A DNA stretch of 64,000 bases from Ostreococcus lucimarinus. Its lineage: Eukaryota. Below are positions 45,534-55,618 of the stretch, piece by piece (the stretch's first letter is position 1; each line of letters starts with the position of its first letter). The DNA is taken from the NCBI GenBank assembly GCA_000092065.1, contig CP000582.1; one strand, written 5' to 3'. The translations under genes and the position numbers were made by a program. Under the pieces are notes generated by a model. The model was not told the origin of the DNA, searched no databases, and worked only from the letters and a program-made list of their open reading frames with translations.

Positions 45534-47180
45534 ATGCGCGGCGCGAGCGCGGCGCGAGCGCGCGCGGTGCGACGCGGTGCGACGCGCGCGGCGTCGAACG
45601 CGGGCGCGCGATCGAGAGCGCGGGCGCGGGAAAATCCGCGAACGGCGGTCGAGCGCACGACGCTGCGGTACGACGGCCACGCGCGCGTCGACGGCGACGC
45701 CGCGGGACGCGCCGGGAGGGGCGACGCGATCGCGCGCGAGCGTGGGTCGGTCGCGTTCGCGTGCTCGGCGAGCGGGAGCGAGGTGCTGTGCGCGTCGAGG
45801 GACGGTGAGGGGTGGGAGGCGGCGTACGCGCCGACGGCGACGCTGCGGGACGGGGACGCGAGGGCGGATTTCGACGACGCGGCGAGCGCGGTGTACGTCG
45901 GGAGAGACCTGAGACGGGGAAAACGAGGGGTGTTCGCGATGGTGCTTCGGGGGGGGGAGGCGGGAGAGCGCGCGATGCGAGCGGCGTTCGAGGCGGCGGC
46001 GCCGGCGGGGACGAGGTTCGCGATGAAAAACGTCAAGCGAGCGACGGCGAGTTTCGAGGACGAGATCGACGCGGCGATCGTCGCGAACGGCGCGGCGCTG
46101 ATTGGATGGGGCGGGAGACAAAAGTTTTGTCGAAATTGCGGCGCGGCGAGGCCGAAAATCGTAAAGGGTGGGAGTAAGGCGACGTGTCGCGAGTGCGGGC
46201 GGAGCGCGTATCCCGAGTTGATGCCGTGCTGTTTGGCGCTGATCACCTGCGGTAATTACGTTTTGCTCGGACGAAATGCGAAATGGCCCAAGAACTTTTA
46301 CTCTTTACTCGCGGGGTTCGTCGAGGGGAGCGAGAGTTTGGAGGCGTGCGTCGCGCGCGAGGCGCTGGAGGAGGCATCCATCGTCGTCGACGCGTCGTCG
46401 GTGGAGTACATCGCGAGTCAACCGTGGCCGTTTCCGAACCAGTTGATGATGGGATTTCGCGCCGATGTCGCGCCGGAACGTCTAGGGCCGTTGAAAATGC
46501 CGCCAGAACCGAAGATGATCGACGGCGAACTCGCAGACGCGCGATGGTTTCACGTTGATTACCTCGCAGCGCGACTGTCGCCAGAGCGCGCCTTCGCCGA
46601 TCCGAGGGGCGGCGACGACGACGACGCCATTCCTTTCGGCGAGATCGCGCTTCCCGGCGAACACGCGCTGGCGAGAGTTCTGGTGCAGAACTGGGTGGAT
46701 GAGAAAATGATGTACAGAAGACGAAGATGCGACGATCGACTCGTGACCACGGTCGTGGAGGGATCGTTTTTCACCGAATGCGAATTAGCCAGCTTTGACG
46801 ACGACAAGGGCGACGCGTTTGTCTTTGAGAACGATAACGGGGAACTACAAGATTTGGCTTTGCACTTTGTCATGGTGGAAGTATTGCTTGCGCAAGAAGG
46901 TCAGGCACCCGTCGTCTTTCGCGCGGCACCGGGCGACGTATCCGCAATTCGCGAAGACGTCGTCGCAGAAGTCGAACGCGTGGGCCAAGGCGCTCGAGCC
47001 ATCGCCTTCGTGCGCGCGACGGGTCGAATTAAGTGCAAGCGTCGGTCGGATGGCGTGCAGTCCATACGCATCACAATGCTTAGCGAAGCGAGCGATGATG
47101 GGTTCGACGCGCGTCGATGCGTCGTCGCCATGCTTCAGAAAGCTTGTCCTTTCCACCTGTACGAGTTTGACCAGCCGTAG
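45534..47180 (+). CDS. NUDC: NADH pyrophosphatase (NudC/NUDT12-type Nudix hydrolase) with a C-terminal extension of unknown function; start uncertain
   Basis: NudC N-terminal domain, zinc ribbon FCRNCGAARPKIVKGGSKATCRECG, Nudix box LLAGFVEGSESLEACVAREALEEASI, SQPWPFPNQLMMGF. Confidence 0.65.
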   Translation: MRGASAARARAVRRGATRAASNAGARSRARARENPRTAVERTTLRYDGHARVDGDAAGRAGRGDAIARERGSVAFACSASGSEVLCASRDGEGWEAAYAPTATLRDGDARADFDDAASAVYVGRDLRRGKRGVFAMVLRGGEAGERAMRAAFEAAAPAGTRFAMKNVKRATASFEDEIDAAIVANGAALIGWGGRQKFCRNCGAARPKIVKGGSKATCRECGRSAYPELMPCCLALITCGNYVLLGRNAKWPKNFYSLLAGFVEGSESLEACVAREALEEASIVVDASSVEYIASQPWPFPNQLMMGFRADVAPERLGPLKMPPEPKMIDGELADARWFHVDYLAARLSPERAFADPRGGDDDDAIPFGEIALPGEHALARVLVQNWVDEKMMYRRRRCDDRLVTTVVEGSFFTECELASFDDDKGDAFVFENDNGELQDLALHFVMVEVLLAQEGQAPVVFRAAPGDVSAIREDVVAEVERVGQGARAIAFVRATGRIKCKRRSDGVQSIRITMLSEASDDGFDARRCVVAMLQKACPFHLYEFDQP

Positions 47181-47207
47181 CAGTCATGTCGTTCTGTTTT
47201 TGGAGTT

Positions 47208-48194
47208 GTGACAGTTGGACGGCACAGACGCACGCGCGCCATGCCCGCGATTGCACCTACCTATGCGCAAAGGCGCGGTCCCATTCGAAGCAGTCAGTTC
47301 ATGGATCTAGTTCGCGCGTTCGGCTTGAACGGCGTCGATAGGGATCTGCAGCACGTCATTCGGGCTCTCAAGGCCGAGGAACGGCACGACGCCGCGGTGC
47401 TCGCGGTAGAGATGCGAAACTTGCGCGCGCTGCGCATCTGTCACGAAGAAGGCGCGTGGTTATCGGCCGAATGTCTACGCGCCGCTATTCGCGTCGACGA
47501 TTACGGCATCCTGATGTTTTTGTGGCAGAATAAGTCACCCGGCTTTGACGAAGCGTCGATGGCTGCGGTGGCTGCCTTCACCGGAAACGCTCGTTTCATC
47601 ACCGATTTCATGAAAGATCTCGTCGACGAGCGCACGACGAGCGCAGCGGCCGCGGGCGGTCAATTGGGATGCCTGCGACTCGCGCATTCGTACGGCGCGC
47701 CTATTAAGGCGTCGGCGATGTTGAACGCCGGTGAACGAGGCCATCTGAATTGTCTGAGATTCTGCGTCGCCGTCAGCGGCGAGGACTTCACAGCGGCGGA
47801 TATCGAGAGATGCGCGAACGCAGTCGCCGCCCAAGGAAATGACTTTATTGAGATATTTCAAGCGTTGCAGTCGGCGCCAGCGTTCAGGTGGAACCCTAAT
47901 TATCTCGTCGTCGCGGCGAGTACTGGTGCGTTTCACATGGCGCAGTTCATCCTCGAAAATGGCGGCAGGGAACTGAACACAAACCAAGCGCGCGACGTTG
48001 CGCGAGCCGGACGAACATCCGGCCATCGTGCTTGCTACGAGTTATTGGATCGCAATTCGAGCGGGCGGGCCAAACCGTCTTTGAGAGAGGAGGCGGCGCG
48101 CGACGTCGCCGCCGTCATCTTCATCGCCGCCGCGGCGTCGGTGTTCGTGAGCACATATCGCGTCCTCGGTCGAGCTTTTTCACGCCAAGACTAA
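47208..48194 (+). CDS. hypothetical protein, degenerate ankyrin-like repeats and a C-terminal hydrophobic tail anchor
   Basis: 328-aa ORF with high-GC3 coding periodicity; repeats of the GHLNCLRF / AV..GNARFI type; C-terminus VAAVIFIAAAASVFVSTYRVL. Confidence 0.3.
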   Translation: MTVGRHRRTRAMPAIAPTYAQRRGPIRSSQFMDLVRAFGLNGVDRDLQHVIRALKAEERHDAAVLAVEMRNLRALRICHEEGAWLSAECLRAAIRVDDYGILMFLWQNKSPGFDEASMAAVAAFTGNARFITDFMKDLVDERTTSAAAAGGQLGCLRLAHSYGAPIKASAMLNAGERGHLNCLRFCVAVSGEDFTAADIERCANAVAAQGNDFIEIFQALQSAPAFRWNPNYLVVAASTGAFHMAQFILENGGRELNTNQARDVARAGRTSGHRACYELLDRNSSGRAKPSLREEAARDVAAVIFIAAAASVFVSTYRVLGRAFSRQD

Positions 48195-48308
48195 ACGCAG
48201 CGTTCCCAACGTTGCAACACAGCATACGCTCACCGCGAAGACGAAGTTTAGCGCGTCCTATAATCTAAAATATGCGTTACAACGAGACGCGTCGACGACG
48301 CCGCGCGT

Positions 48309-49040
48309 CTACACCGGCAGCGCGCCCCCCCCCCCCCGACTCGACGCCGCGAACCCGATCGCGCGCGCGCACGCCCCCATCACCGGCTGCGCGATCTGCC
48401 ACGCCGTCGCGCACACCGTCCTGAACCCTTGCGCGCCGTACGGAAAATAACTCACCTGATAATACCCCACCGCGCACGTCTGACACGCGCTCCAAAACAC
48501 CGTCTGCGCGTACGCGTGTCGATACGCCGCCGCGCGCACCGTCATCACCACCGTCGTCACCATCACCACCGACGTCACCGCCCGCTCCTCGCTCAGCATG
48601 TGCGTCACCTGCGCCTGCGCCCCTCGCAGCGCCCCCGTCGCGCACACCCCGCTCGCGCTCGCCGCCGACACGCACAGCCCAAACTTGGCCGGCGCGATCG
48701 CCAGCGTCGGCGCGCCCACGACGAACGCCAGCGCGTACATCAGCGCGCTCGTCGCGCTCAGCGCCAGAAACCACGCGACGCGCTCGGGCGTGAGCGACTG
48801 CAGCGCCGCCGTCGTCGCGCGCGCGCCCTGGCTCGTCCGCCGCGCGAGCGCGCGCGCGCGATCCGACAGATTCTCAAACTGCGCGCTCGCGCCGTCCGCG
48901 AACGCGCGCCAGTCGTCGGCGAACGACGGCGAGGGAGGTCGGTCGCCGACCGGCGCGACGCTCGCGCGCATCGCGCCCGCGTCGCGGAGTGGCGACGAAC
49001 GATTCGTCGCGCGATCGACGATGGTCGCCACCGTTCGCAC
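48309..49040 (-). CDS. SFT2: vesicle transport protein SFT2-like (4-TM Golgi protein); start probably an internal Met
   Basis: LSATSALMYALAFVVGAPTLAIAPAKFGLCVSAASASGVCATGALRGAQAQVTHML...VSYFPYGAQGFRTVCA resembles SFT2 (..FxxxGPxKQLKxM..., LSFIPFARDAV). Confidence 0.5.
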   Translation of the reverse strand: MRTVATIVDRATNRSSPLRDAGAMRASVAPVGDRPPSPSFADDWRAFADGASAQFENLSDRARALARRTSQGARATTAALQSLTPERVAWFLALSATSALMYALAFVVGAPTLAIAPAKFGLCVSAASASGVCATGALRGAQAQVTHMLSEERAVTSVVMVTTVVMTVRAAAYRHAYAQTVFWSACQTCAVGYYQVSYFPYGAQGFRTVCATAWQIAQPVMGACARAIGFAASSRGGGGALPV

Positions 49041-51599
49041 TGCGCGACGCGCCGCGCGCGCCGAGATGCGCGAGGACGCGCGCGCGTCGCGCGTCGCGTC
49101 GCTGCTGTCGTCGTACTACGACGAGGACGCGCGAACGGCGCGAGACGCGACGTCGGCGCGCGACGAATCGACGACGCGCGACGGGACGCATCGCGCGACG
49201 ACGACGACGACGACGACGACGACGGGACGCGCGACGCGCGCGAGCGTCGATCTCGACTCGCCGGACTTCGACGTCGACGCGTACGTGCGGGAGACGCTGG
49301 CGAACGGCGACGGGGGGGGGGCGCGGGACGCGTACGCGCGCGTGAGCGCCGAACTCGGCGTCGTCGAGAGCCGGGCGCAGATGTTGGTGTACGACAACTA
49401 CGGGAAATTCATTCAGGTAATGCGGAAAAGCGCGCGACGCGCGATGCGAGGGACTGACGGATGGCTCGGTGGTGACAGGCGGCGAGCGCGGCGAGCGCGT
49501 TGCGAGAGGCGAGCGCGGCGATGCGGACGCGATGCGACGCGCTGCGGGAGAGCGCGCTGCGGGCGAAAGCGCTGAGCGAACGCACGCAGGAGCGATTGTC
49601 GGCGAGGAGGGAGGTGGTTGAACAGTTGCGAGGCGTGCGAGGGTTGATCGGGAAGCTGAGCGCGAGTTTGCGTTCGGCGCCGGCGTTGGAGGCGCTCGCG
49701 AACGCGTCGGCGGCGACGGCGACGGAGGGCGAGGACGCGAGGACGACGATCGCCGAGTACGTCGAGGCGAAGGAGGTGCTAGATGCGCTCGGGGCGGAAG
49801 GTTCAGACGCGATAGCGTTCGTGCGCGCGAAAAAGCGGTGCGATGCGGCGATGGAAAAGATTGTGGCGGTGTTGAAGGCGCGCGCGAGAGCGAGCGCGAT
49901 CGGGGGCGACGAAGATGACGGTGCGTCGAAGTCAGCGTTCGGGATGTCGGACGAAGTTTGTTTGGAACTGTTATCGGCGTTGAAGGTGTCACAGGACGAG
50001 CTCGTGGACGACTTCTTGATGTCAAGGAAAAAGAAACTCGACGACGCGATCGAGGCGTCGAGAAAATCGTTCGCCGAGCTCGCGTCGACGCCGGTGAGCG
50101 AACGGAATTTGAAGGATTTCATGAGCGCGTTGAATCAATCTTTCTTGGGCGAGTTTTCAAACGCGTCAGAGGCGTTCAAGAAACTGTTTTCGAACGTCAA
50201 CAGCGCGCGAAACGCCCTGGTAAAGTTTACCAAAGATGCGTTTGGCGAATATTTCGCCTTCATTCGAGAAATCTACGCACCGCACGTGGATAAGACAGAC
50301 ATGATCGCCGCCTCATCGAGCGCAGATTTGTTGAATCCCAAGCAGTTGATGTGTGCCATGGGTACTATGGCGGCTGACCTCGCGAGCGTGCACAGATCCG
50401 TTCCCGAGGCTGCGCTCGGCGACAGAGCCGTGGAGACTATAGAGCGCGCCGTGCGTAGTCGCGTCGGCGCTGCGTTCATGTGCCTAGAGCGTGACTTGGT
50501 GCGCGAGCTTGACGCCACGTATGTCGCGGCCAAGGCAGTCTCAGCGGCGGCGGCGAATCGCGCGTCGGGCGCAGACGCTGCCACGAGCAAGTCGCTGCTG
50601 CATCGTTTCATAGCGCTCTCAGACACCTTGCTCACGAGCGTGCAAACGCTGTTGAGTGACGTGGAATCTTTGATGGACGAACGTCCAATCTTGATTTCGA
50701 GTTGGCGCGAAGAATTCGCGTACGCCGTTCGCGGGCATTTTGCGAGCCTGATTCACGCGCTTGTCTCTCGACTCATCGTCGGATCGCCCATCGCGCCGAA
50801 TCCCGCGCCGAATCCCACGCCATTACGGACGCCTCTCGCGGTGGCGGTCGATGAAGCGCGGGAATCGAGTTCGAAAACTCCACCGCCGCCGAGCTTCCTA
50901 CTCGTATGCGCTCGAATGTGCGCGTTTTTGCACACTTCGGCGACGAAGCACATCGCGGATGCGTTGACGAAGATGTTCCCGGCGTCGTCGGCGATGGGTG
51001 GAAGTTTCAGCTTGGATGAGACGCGTGCGATGTGCGAGTCGGCGTCGCACGTATTATTGATGTGGTACGTCGAACAAAGCGCGCAGCGCATTAGCTTTAT
51101 GATTCGAAAATCGCTCACTGCGGTGGATTGGAGCAAGGCGCGCGAACCTCGCGAGGTTCGCCCGCTCGCGGATTACATCGCGGACGATTTGGCGACGATT
51201 GAGAACGAGTGCGCGCAAGTTTTGGATGTTGGAGAAATCGACAGCGGTGATGGCAGCACTTCGTTCGTCGCGGACGGCGCGTTCACGCCCGTGAGGTCGA
51301 CGCAGTCTTCGGTGATGTGCGCCGTGATCAAGCGCGCCGTCAAATCGTACGTCGAGTGCGTTCGTTGTCAAACCTTCCACACGAAATTTGCGTTCCAGCA
51401 AGTCTCGCTGGACGTGCGCTATCTCGCCGAGCGCGTGCTGTTTCGCTTCATGCCAAGCGGACAGTTCGAGTCGGATGTGTACGAGCGACGGGCGATCGAG
51501 ATTTTACTCAAGGAGTTGCGCTCGGCGTGCGAGCTTCGAGCGTGCGACCCGACGCCCATGGACAAAGCCGTCGGCGATCGCATTTTAGAAAAAATCTGA
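49021..51599 (+). CDS. VPS51: VPS51-like (GARP complex) protein, 2 exons with one 62-nt GT-AG intron at ~49417-49478
   Basis: exon 1 ...LDSPDFDVDAYVRETLANGDGGGARDAYARVSAELGVVESRAQMLVYDNYGKFIQ | exon 2 AASAASALREASAAMRTRCDALRESAL... matches the VPS51 N-terminal signature (LDSPxFDPDxYL...[20 protein letters not shown]); the frame shift between the two ORFs is explained exactly by the intron. Confidence 0.65.
49197..49224. repeat. (GAC)n trinucleotide repeat in VPS51 exon 1 (poly-Thr in the reading frame)
   Basis: gacgacgacgacgacgacgacgacg seen directly; encodes TTTTTTTTT. Confidence 0.85.
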
Positions 51600-51682
51600 G
51601 CACATTACGATAGAAAAATAGAGTGTGAAAAGTACGTTTCGTAAGCGCGAGCGCGCGCGTCGACGTGAATCGTATCGGTCCG

Positions 51683-52582
51683 TCATTCACGTTCTCTCGC
51701 GGCGCGTTTCGACTCGACGCGACGACGCACGTACGCCGTGCGCGTTCTTCGCCGTTCATTCAACTTGACTTCGCTCGGACGTTTCTTTTCAGGCGCCCGA
51801 GCTCGCGAGACGAGCGACGAGACCCACGCCCCGTCCTCGCGTTCGAAACCGCGCGTTTCATTTTCATCGACGAAGGCGCGCCGACCGTCGTCGTCGACCA
51901 ATCTAAAGTGCAAGCACTCGCCCGGCTCAAACGGAAACACGAGATAATCCTTCCCGCACCCCCCCGGCGCGCGATCATCGCACCAGGACCACCCATCGCA
52001 CCGCCCGTCGTCCTCGCACGCCCCGCAGCACGCCGCCGCGGTCGCCGCCGCCCGCGCGCGAATCCTCCGCGCCCCTCGCTCGCGTTCGCCGTCCATCGGC
52101 GTCTCCGATCGAAACGCCCGTCCCTCGTCCTCGCACCTCTCCCTCGACCACTCCCGCAGCGCCTCGTCCAATTCCCCTCGCGCGCCGTCCCTAAAAAACG
52201 TCGGCGCGCATCCCATCGCGCGCGCCAGCGCGCTCGCTCGGATCGTCGCGTTCTCGACGGCGCCCATCGCCGCGAGCGCGCACGCGCGCGCCTCCGCGCC
52301 GCTCGCGTCGCTCGCCCCCTCGCCGTGCGCCTCCCAGAGCGACGCCGCGAGGCACGCGCCGCACGATCGCGTCGTCGCGCACGCGTCCGCGACGCGCGTC
52401 GCCGTCGCGTTCGCGCTCCCGGCGCGCGCGAACGCGCACCGACGCGTCGCCGCGCGCGCCGAACCGGGCACCGCGAGCGCCGTCATCATCATCGTCGCCA
52501 GCGCGCGTCGACGCGTCGCCCGGCGCGTCTCGGACGCGCGCGGCCGCGTCTCGAGCGCGCCTCGGCGCGCGTTCGCGCGCAT
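51683..52582 (-). CDS. hypothetical Cys-containing secreted protein (signal-peptide-like MMMTALAVPGSARA)
   Basis: 299-aa ORF with coding-like GC3; no family assignment. Confidence 0.3.
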   Translation of the reverse strand: MRANARRGALETRPRASETRRATRRRALATMMMTALAVPGSARAATRRCAFARAGSANATATRVADACATTRSCGACLAASLWEAHGEGASDASGAEARACALAAMGAVENATIRASALARAMGCAPTFFRDGARGELDEALREWSRERCEDEGRAFRSETPMDGERERGARRIRARAAATAAACCGACEDDGRCDGWSWCDDRAPGGCGKDYLVFPFEPGECLHFRLVDDDGRRAFVDENETRGFEREDGAWVSSLVSRARAPEKKRPSEVKLNERRRTRTAYVRRRVESKRAARERE

Positions 52583-52698
52583 CGCCGGGTCCCTCGCGTC
52601 GCGCGCGACGCGCGGCGCGGCACAGTGCGGATGCGACGCCGACGCGACGACGAGGACGACGACGACGGCGCGCTCGCGCGCGCGATGGACGCCGCGCG

Positions 52699-53334
52699 GT
52701 GCGCGACGTCGACGACGACGCGCGAGCGGTGCGCGACGACGCGCGACGCCGCGGGCGCGGCGCGGCGGACGTGCGCGCGCGAGCGAATCGTCGAGCGGAA
52801 ATGTCCGGGACGGTGCGCGACGCGCGACGACGCGACGAGCGCGCGTTCGACGACGTCGAACGCGCGATGCGACGACGTCGAACGCGCGCTCGACCGCGAC
52901 GCGCGCGACGCGCGGCGTCGAACGCGGGACTGACGCGACGGGACGCGCGCAGCGCGCCGGAGACGCTCGAGCGAACGCGCGAGACGGTCGAGCGCGACGA
53001 CGACGACGCGGAAAACGCGATCGAACGCTCGAACGCGTGGTCGACGACGTGGTCGACGACGTCGTCGCTCGGCGGCGGGTTCGGCGACGGCGAGGATGGG
53101 ACGGCGGCGCGCGCGGCGGCGGCGGCGGCGCGAGCGCTCCTCGGGGGCGCGACGGAGCGCGATCGCGGGAAAGATTTCGGCGCGATCGAGCGCGGGATGC
53201 TCGACGCGTTCGTCGCGGGCGCGCGCGCGGTGGCGGCGGAGGTATCGCGCGCGGCGGACGCGCTGGAGACGAGAGGCGCGGACGACGCGGCGGACGGCGA
53301 GGACGACGCGAGGCGAATTCCGCCGCGCGCGTGA
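52699..53334 (+). CDS. hypothetical low-complexity acidic/basic protein
   Basis: GC3-rich codon pattern on the plus strand, whereas the overlapping 395-aa minus-strand ORF is pure Arg-rich antisense; weak call. Confidence 0.2.
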   Translation: MRDVDDDARAVRDDARRRGRGAADVRARANRRAEMSGTVRDARRRDERAFDDVERAMRRRRTRARPRRARRAASNAGLTRRDARSAPETLERTRETVERDDDDAENAIERSNAWSTTWSTTSSLGGGFGDGEDGTAARAAAAAARALLGGATERDRGKDFGAIERGMLDAFVAGARAVAAEVSRAADALETRGADDAADGEDDARRIPPRA

Positions 53335-53379
53335 GCGCGGTCGAGCGCGCGCGCGACGACGCGACGCGGACGACGTGAA

Positions 53380-54768
53380 ATGAAACTGAACGCTAGAACA
53401 CGCGAGCGAACGCCGCGACGCGACTCGGCGACGACGCGTCACATCATGACGCGCGTCGGCGTCCCGCTCGTCGCCGCCGCGCCGCCGCGCGCGTCTCGCG
53501 TCGCCGCGCGCGCGACCTCCGCGCGACCGATCGCGCCCGGCTCGGCGTATCCCGCGAAAGAGCACTGCAGCGAGTGCGGACTGTGCGACACCGCGCACGT
53601 CGCGCGCGTCAAGGAGGCGTGCGCGTTCCTCGGTCCCGGCCAGTCCAGGATAGAGACCTTGGAGCCGGTGGTTCACGGGCGCGCGCGATCGGCCGCGCCG
53701 AGCGACGAGAGCCGCCTGGGCGTCGCGCTCGAGACGTTCTACGGCGCCATGCGAACTCCGGTCGACGGCGCGCAGTGGACGGGGATCGTGACGAGCGTCG
53801 CGCTCGCGGCGCTGCGAAGCGGCGCCGTCGAGGGCGTCGTGTGCGTCGCGTCGCGCGAGGACGACTCGAGAGCGCCGAGACCGATATTAGCGACGACGGA
53901 GGAGGAAATATTGAGCGCGCGAGGCGTGAAACCGAGCCTGTCGCCGAATCTGAGCGTGCTGGCGGAGGTGGAGGCGAGAGGCTTGAAACGCGTCTTGTTC
54001 ATAGGCGTCGGCTGCGCGGTGAGCGCGCTGCGCGCCGTCGAACCGCACTTGGGCCTGGACGCGCTGTACGTCGTCGGCACGAATTGCACCGATAACGGGA
54101 GGTGGGAGGGATTCAACAAGTTCATCGACGCCGCGAGCGACGACCCGGACACGGTGATGCACTACGAATTCATGCAAGACTATCAGGTGCACCTCAAGCA
54201 CGTCGACGGGTCGTACGAAAAGGTGCCGTATTTCTGCCTGCCCGCAAAAGATTTGACGGACGTCATCGCGCCGTCGTGTTACTCGTGCTTCGACTACGTC
54301 AACGGTCTCGCCGACGTCGTCGTCGGCTACATGGGGGTGCCGTACATGGACAAACCGATGGATCGACATCCCCAGTACGTCACCGTGCGAAACGAGCGCG
54401 GACGCGAGATGATTGATTTGATTCGCAACGACATGGAGATCACGCCGTCCACGTCCAGCGGCGATCGTCGACCGTTCGTCATGCAAACCGTCGTCGCCGA
54501 CGACGAGGCGAAGCTCGGTCGAGGGCCGGATAAACCGGCGCCTCGCGTCGTCGGCAAGCTCCTCGCGTGGCTGCTCACCAAAATCGGTCCCAAGGGCAAA
54601 GAGTTCGGGATGTACTCGCTGGATTACCACACCATACGAAACTACATGTACGTCAACCGCGCGTGGGGCGCGAAGCGCGCGGAGGAGCACGTCCCCGAGT
54701 ACGCCAAGCGCGTCGTCCGCGAGTACGACGTCGACGGCGCGATATCCGCCCGTCTGCGCCTCAAGTGA
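53380..54768 (+). CDS. HCAR: 7-hydroxymethyl chlorophyll a reductase (FrhB-family Fe-S flavoprotein), plastid-targeted
   Basis: transit-like N-terminus MTRVGVPLVAAAPPRASRVAARATSARP; conserved CSECGLCDTAHVARVKEACAFLG, ETFYGAMRTPVDGAQWTGIVTSVALAAL, VLFIGVGCAVSALRAVEPHLGLDALYVVGTNCTDNG, VIAPSCYSCFDYVNGLADVVVGYMGVPY. Confidence 0.75.
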   Translation: MKLNARTRERTPRRDSATTRHIMTRVGVPLVAAAPPRASRVAARATSARPIAPGSAYPAKEHCSECGLCDTAHVARVKEACAFLGPGQSRIETLEPVVHGRARSAAPSDESRLGVALETFYGAMRTPVDGAQWTGIVTSVALAALRSGAVEGVVCVASREDDSRAPRPILATTEEEILSARGVKPSLSPNLSVLAEVEARGLKRVLFIGVGCAVSALRAVEPHLGLDALYVVGTNCTDNGRWEGFNKFIDAASDDPDTVMHYEFMQDYQVHLKHVDGSYEKVPYFCLPAKDLTDVIAPSCYSCFDYVNGLADVVVGYMGVPYMDKPMDRHPQYVTVRNERGREMIDLIRNDMEITPSTSSGDRRPFVMQTVVADDEAKLGRGPDKPAPRVVGKLLAWLLTKIGPKGKEFGMYSLDYHTIRNYMYVNRAWGAKRAEEHVPEYAKRVVREYDVDGAISARLRLK

Positions 54769-54863
54769 CCGCTCGCGTTCGCATCGCCGCGCTTCGCGCG
54801 CGCTCGTCTCTGCGTTACAACGCGCCTATAGTCCTATAGTCCTAGTGGTCCTATCCGTCCCGC

Positions 54864-55184
54864 TCAGCCGCCGCGCGCGTCGTCCCCGCCTCCCCGCCTC
54901 CGCGCTCGGTACTCGTGCGGATCCCGCGCCGTCGCCGCCGTCGCCTCGCGTCCGCCGTCCATCTCCAGGCTCGCCGCCGCGCCCAGCGCCGCCAGCGTCG
55001 CCGCCTGCGCGTACAAGCGCGAGTGAATCAGCTTGACGCTCATCGCGCTCGCGCGTCGCGCCCTGTGCTCCATCGCGAGCGCGCTCGCGATCCCGAGCGC
55101 CCAGAACGCGCCCAAGACGCGAAGTTTATTCTCGCGCGCGTAATCCCCGATCGCCGTCGCGAGCGACGGCGCGTCGGTCGGCAT
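54864..55184 (-). CDS. HIG1 (hypoxia-induced gene 1 / Rcf1-like) domain protein
   Basis: ARENKLRVLGAFWALGIASALAMEHRARRASAMSVKLIHSRLYAQAATLAALGAAAS fits the HIG_1_N two-TM domain (..ENP.VP.G......R..QxMMRxRVAAQGFTV.AL). Confidence 0.5.
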   Translation of the reverse strand: MPTDAPSLATAIGDYARENKLRVLGAFWALGIASALAMEHRARRASAMSVKLIHSRLYAQAATLAALGAAASLEMDGGREATAATARDPHEYRARRRGGGDDARGG

Positions 55185-55195
55185 TCCGCGACGCG

Positions 55196-55363
55196 ATGTC
55201 GCGCCCGACGACGACGGAAAGCGAACCGGCGCTCGACGTCGACGCCGTCATGACGCAGCTCATGGACGAGTTCAAGCGAAGAAACGGACGCGAGGCGACG
55301 GAGGACGAAGTGCGGCAGTGGATGGCGGAGATCTCGGCGGCGATCGCGGAGGGCGGGCTGTGA
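55196..55363 (+). CDS. possible 55-aa small protein (below the ORF-track cutoff)
   Basis: ATG..TGA ORF MSRPTTTESEPALDVDAVMTQLMDEFKRRNGREATEDEVRQWMAEISAAIAEGGL with strongly GC3-biased codons; no homolog recognised. Confidence 0.25.
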   Translation: MSRPTTTESEPALDVDAVMTQLMDEFKRRNGREATEDEVRQWMAEISAAIAEGGL

Positions 55364-55395
55364 ACGCGTCGCGGACGCGTGCGTGAATGAAAGAA

Positions 55396-55417
55396 TGGAT
55401 GGATGGATGGATGAATG
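55396..55417. repeat. (GGAT)n short microsatellite
   Basis: tggatggatggatggatgaatg seen directly. Confidence 0.8.
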
Positions 55418-55618
55418 TTTCGGACGCGCGAGGACGACGAGGGCGAGGACGAGGGCGCGCGACGCGACGGACGCGCGCGCTCGAAAACGATCGCGGCGGT
55501 GGCGTCGCGCGCGGCGCGCGAAGACGGCGCGCGGATCGCCGAGGTGGGGACGCTCGTTTGAAATGATGAATAAAAGTTTGAAATTTTGAAATTACAGCGC
55601 GGCGAGACGACGCCGCGC

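Noticed and set aside
44105-46246. Full 713-aa minus-strand ORF as one gene
   Set aside because: Its 5' 270 codons overlap the NudC gene in antisense and are low-complexity A/R/S/P. Only the downstream ~440 aa (start ~45426) carry the BAH domain and look coding.
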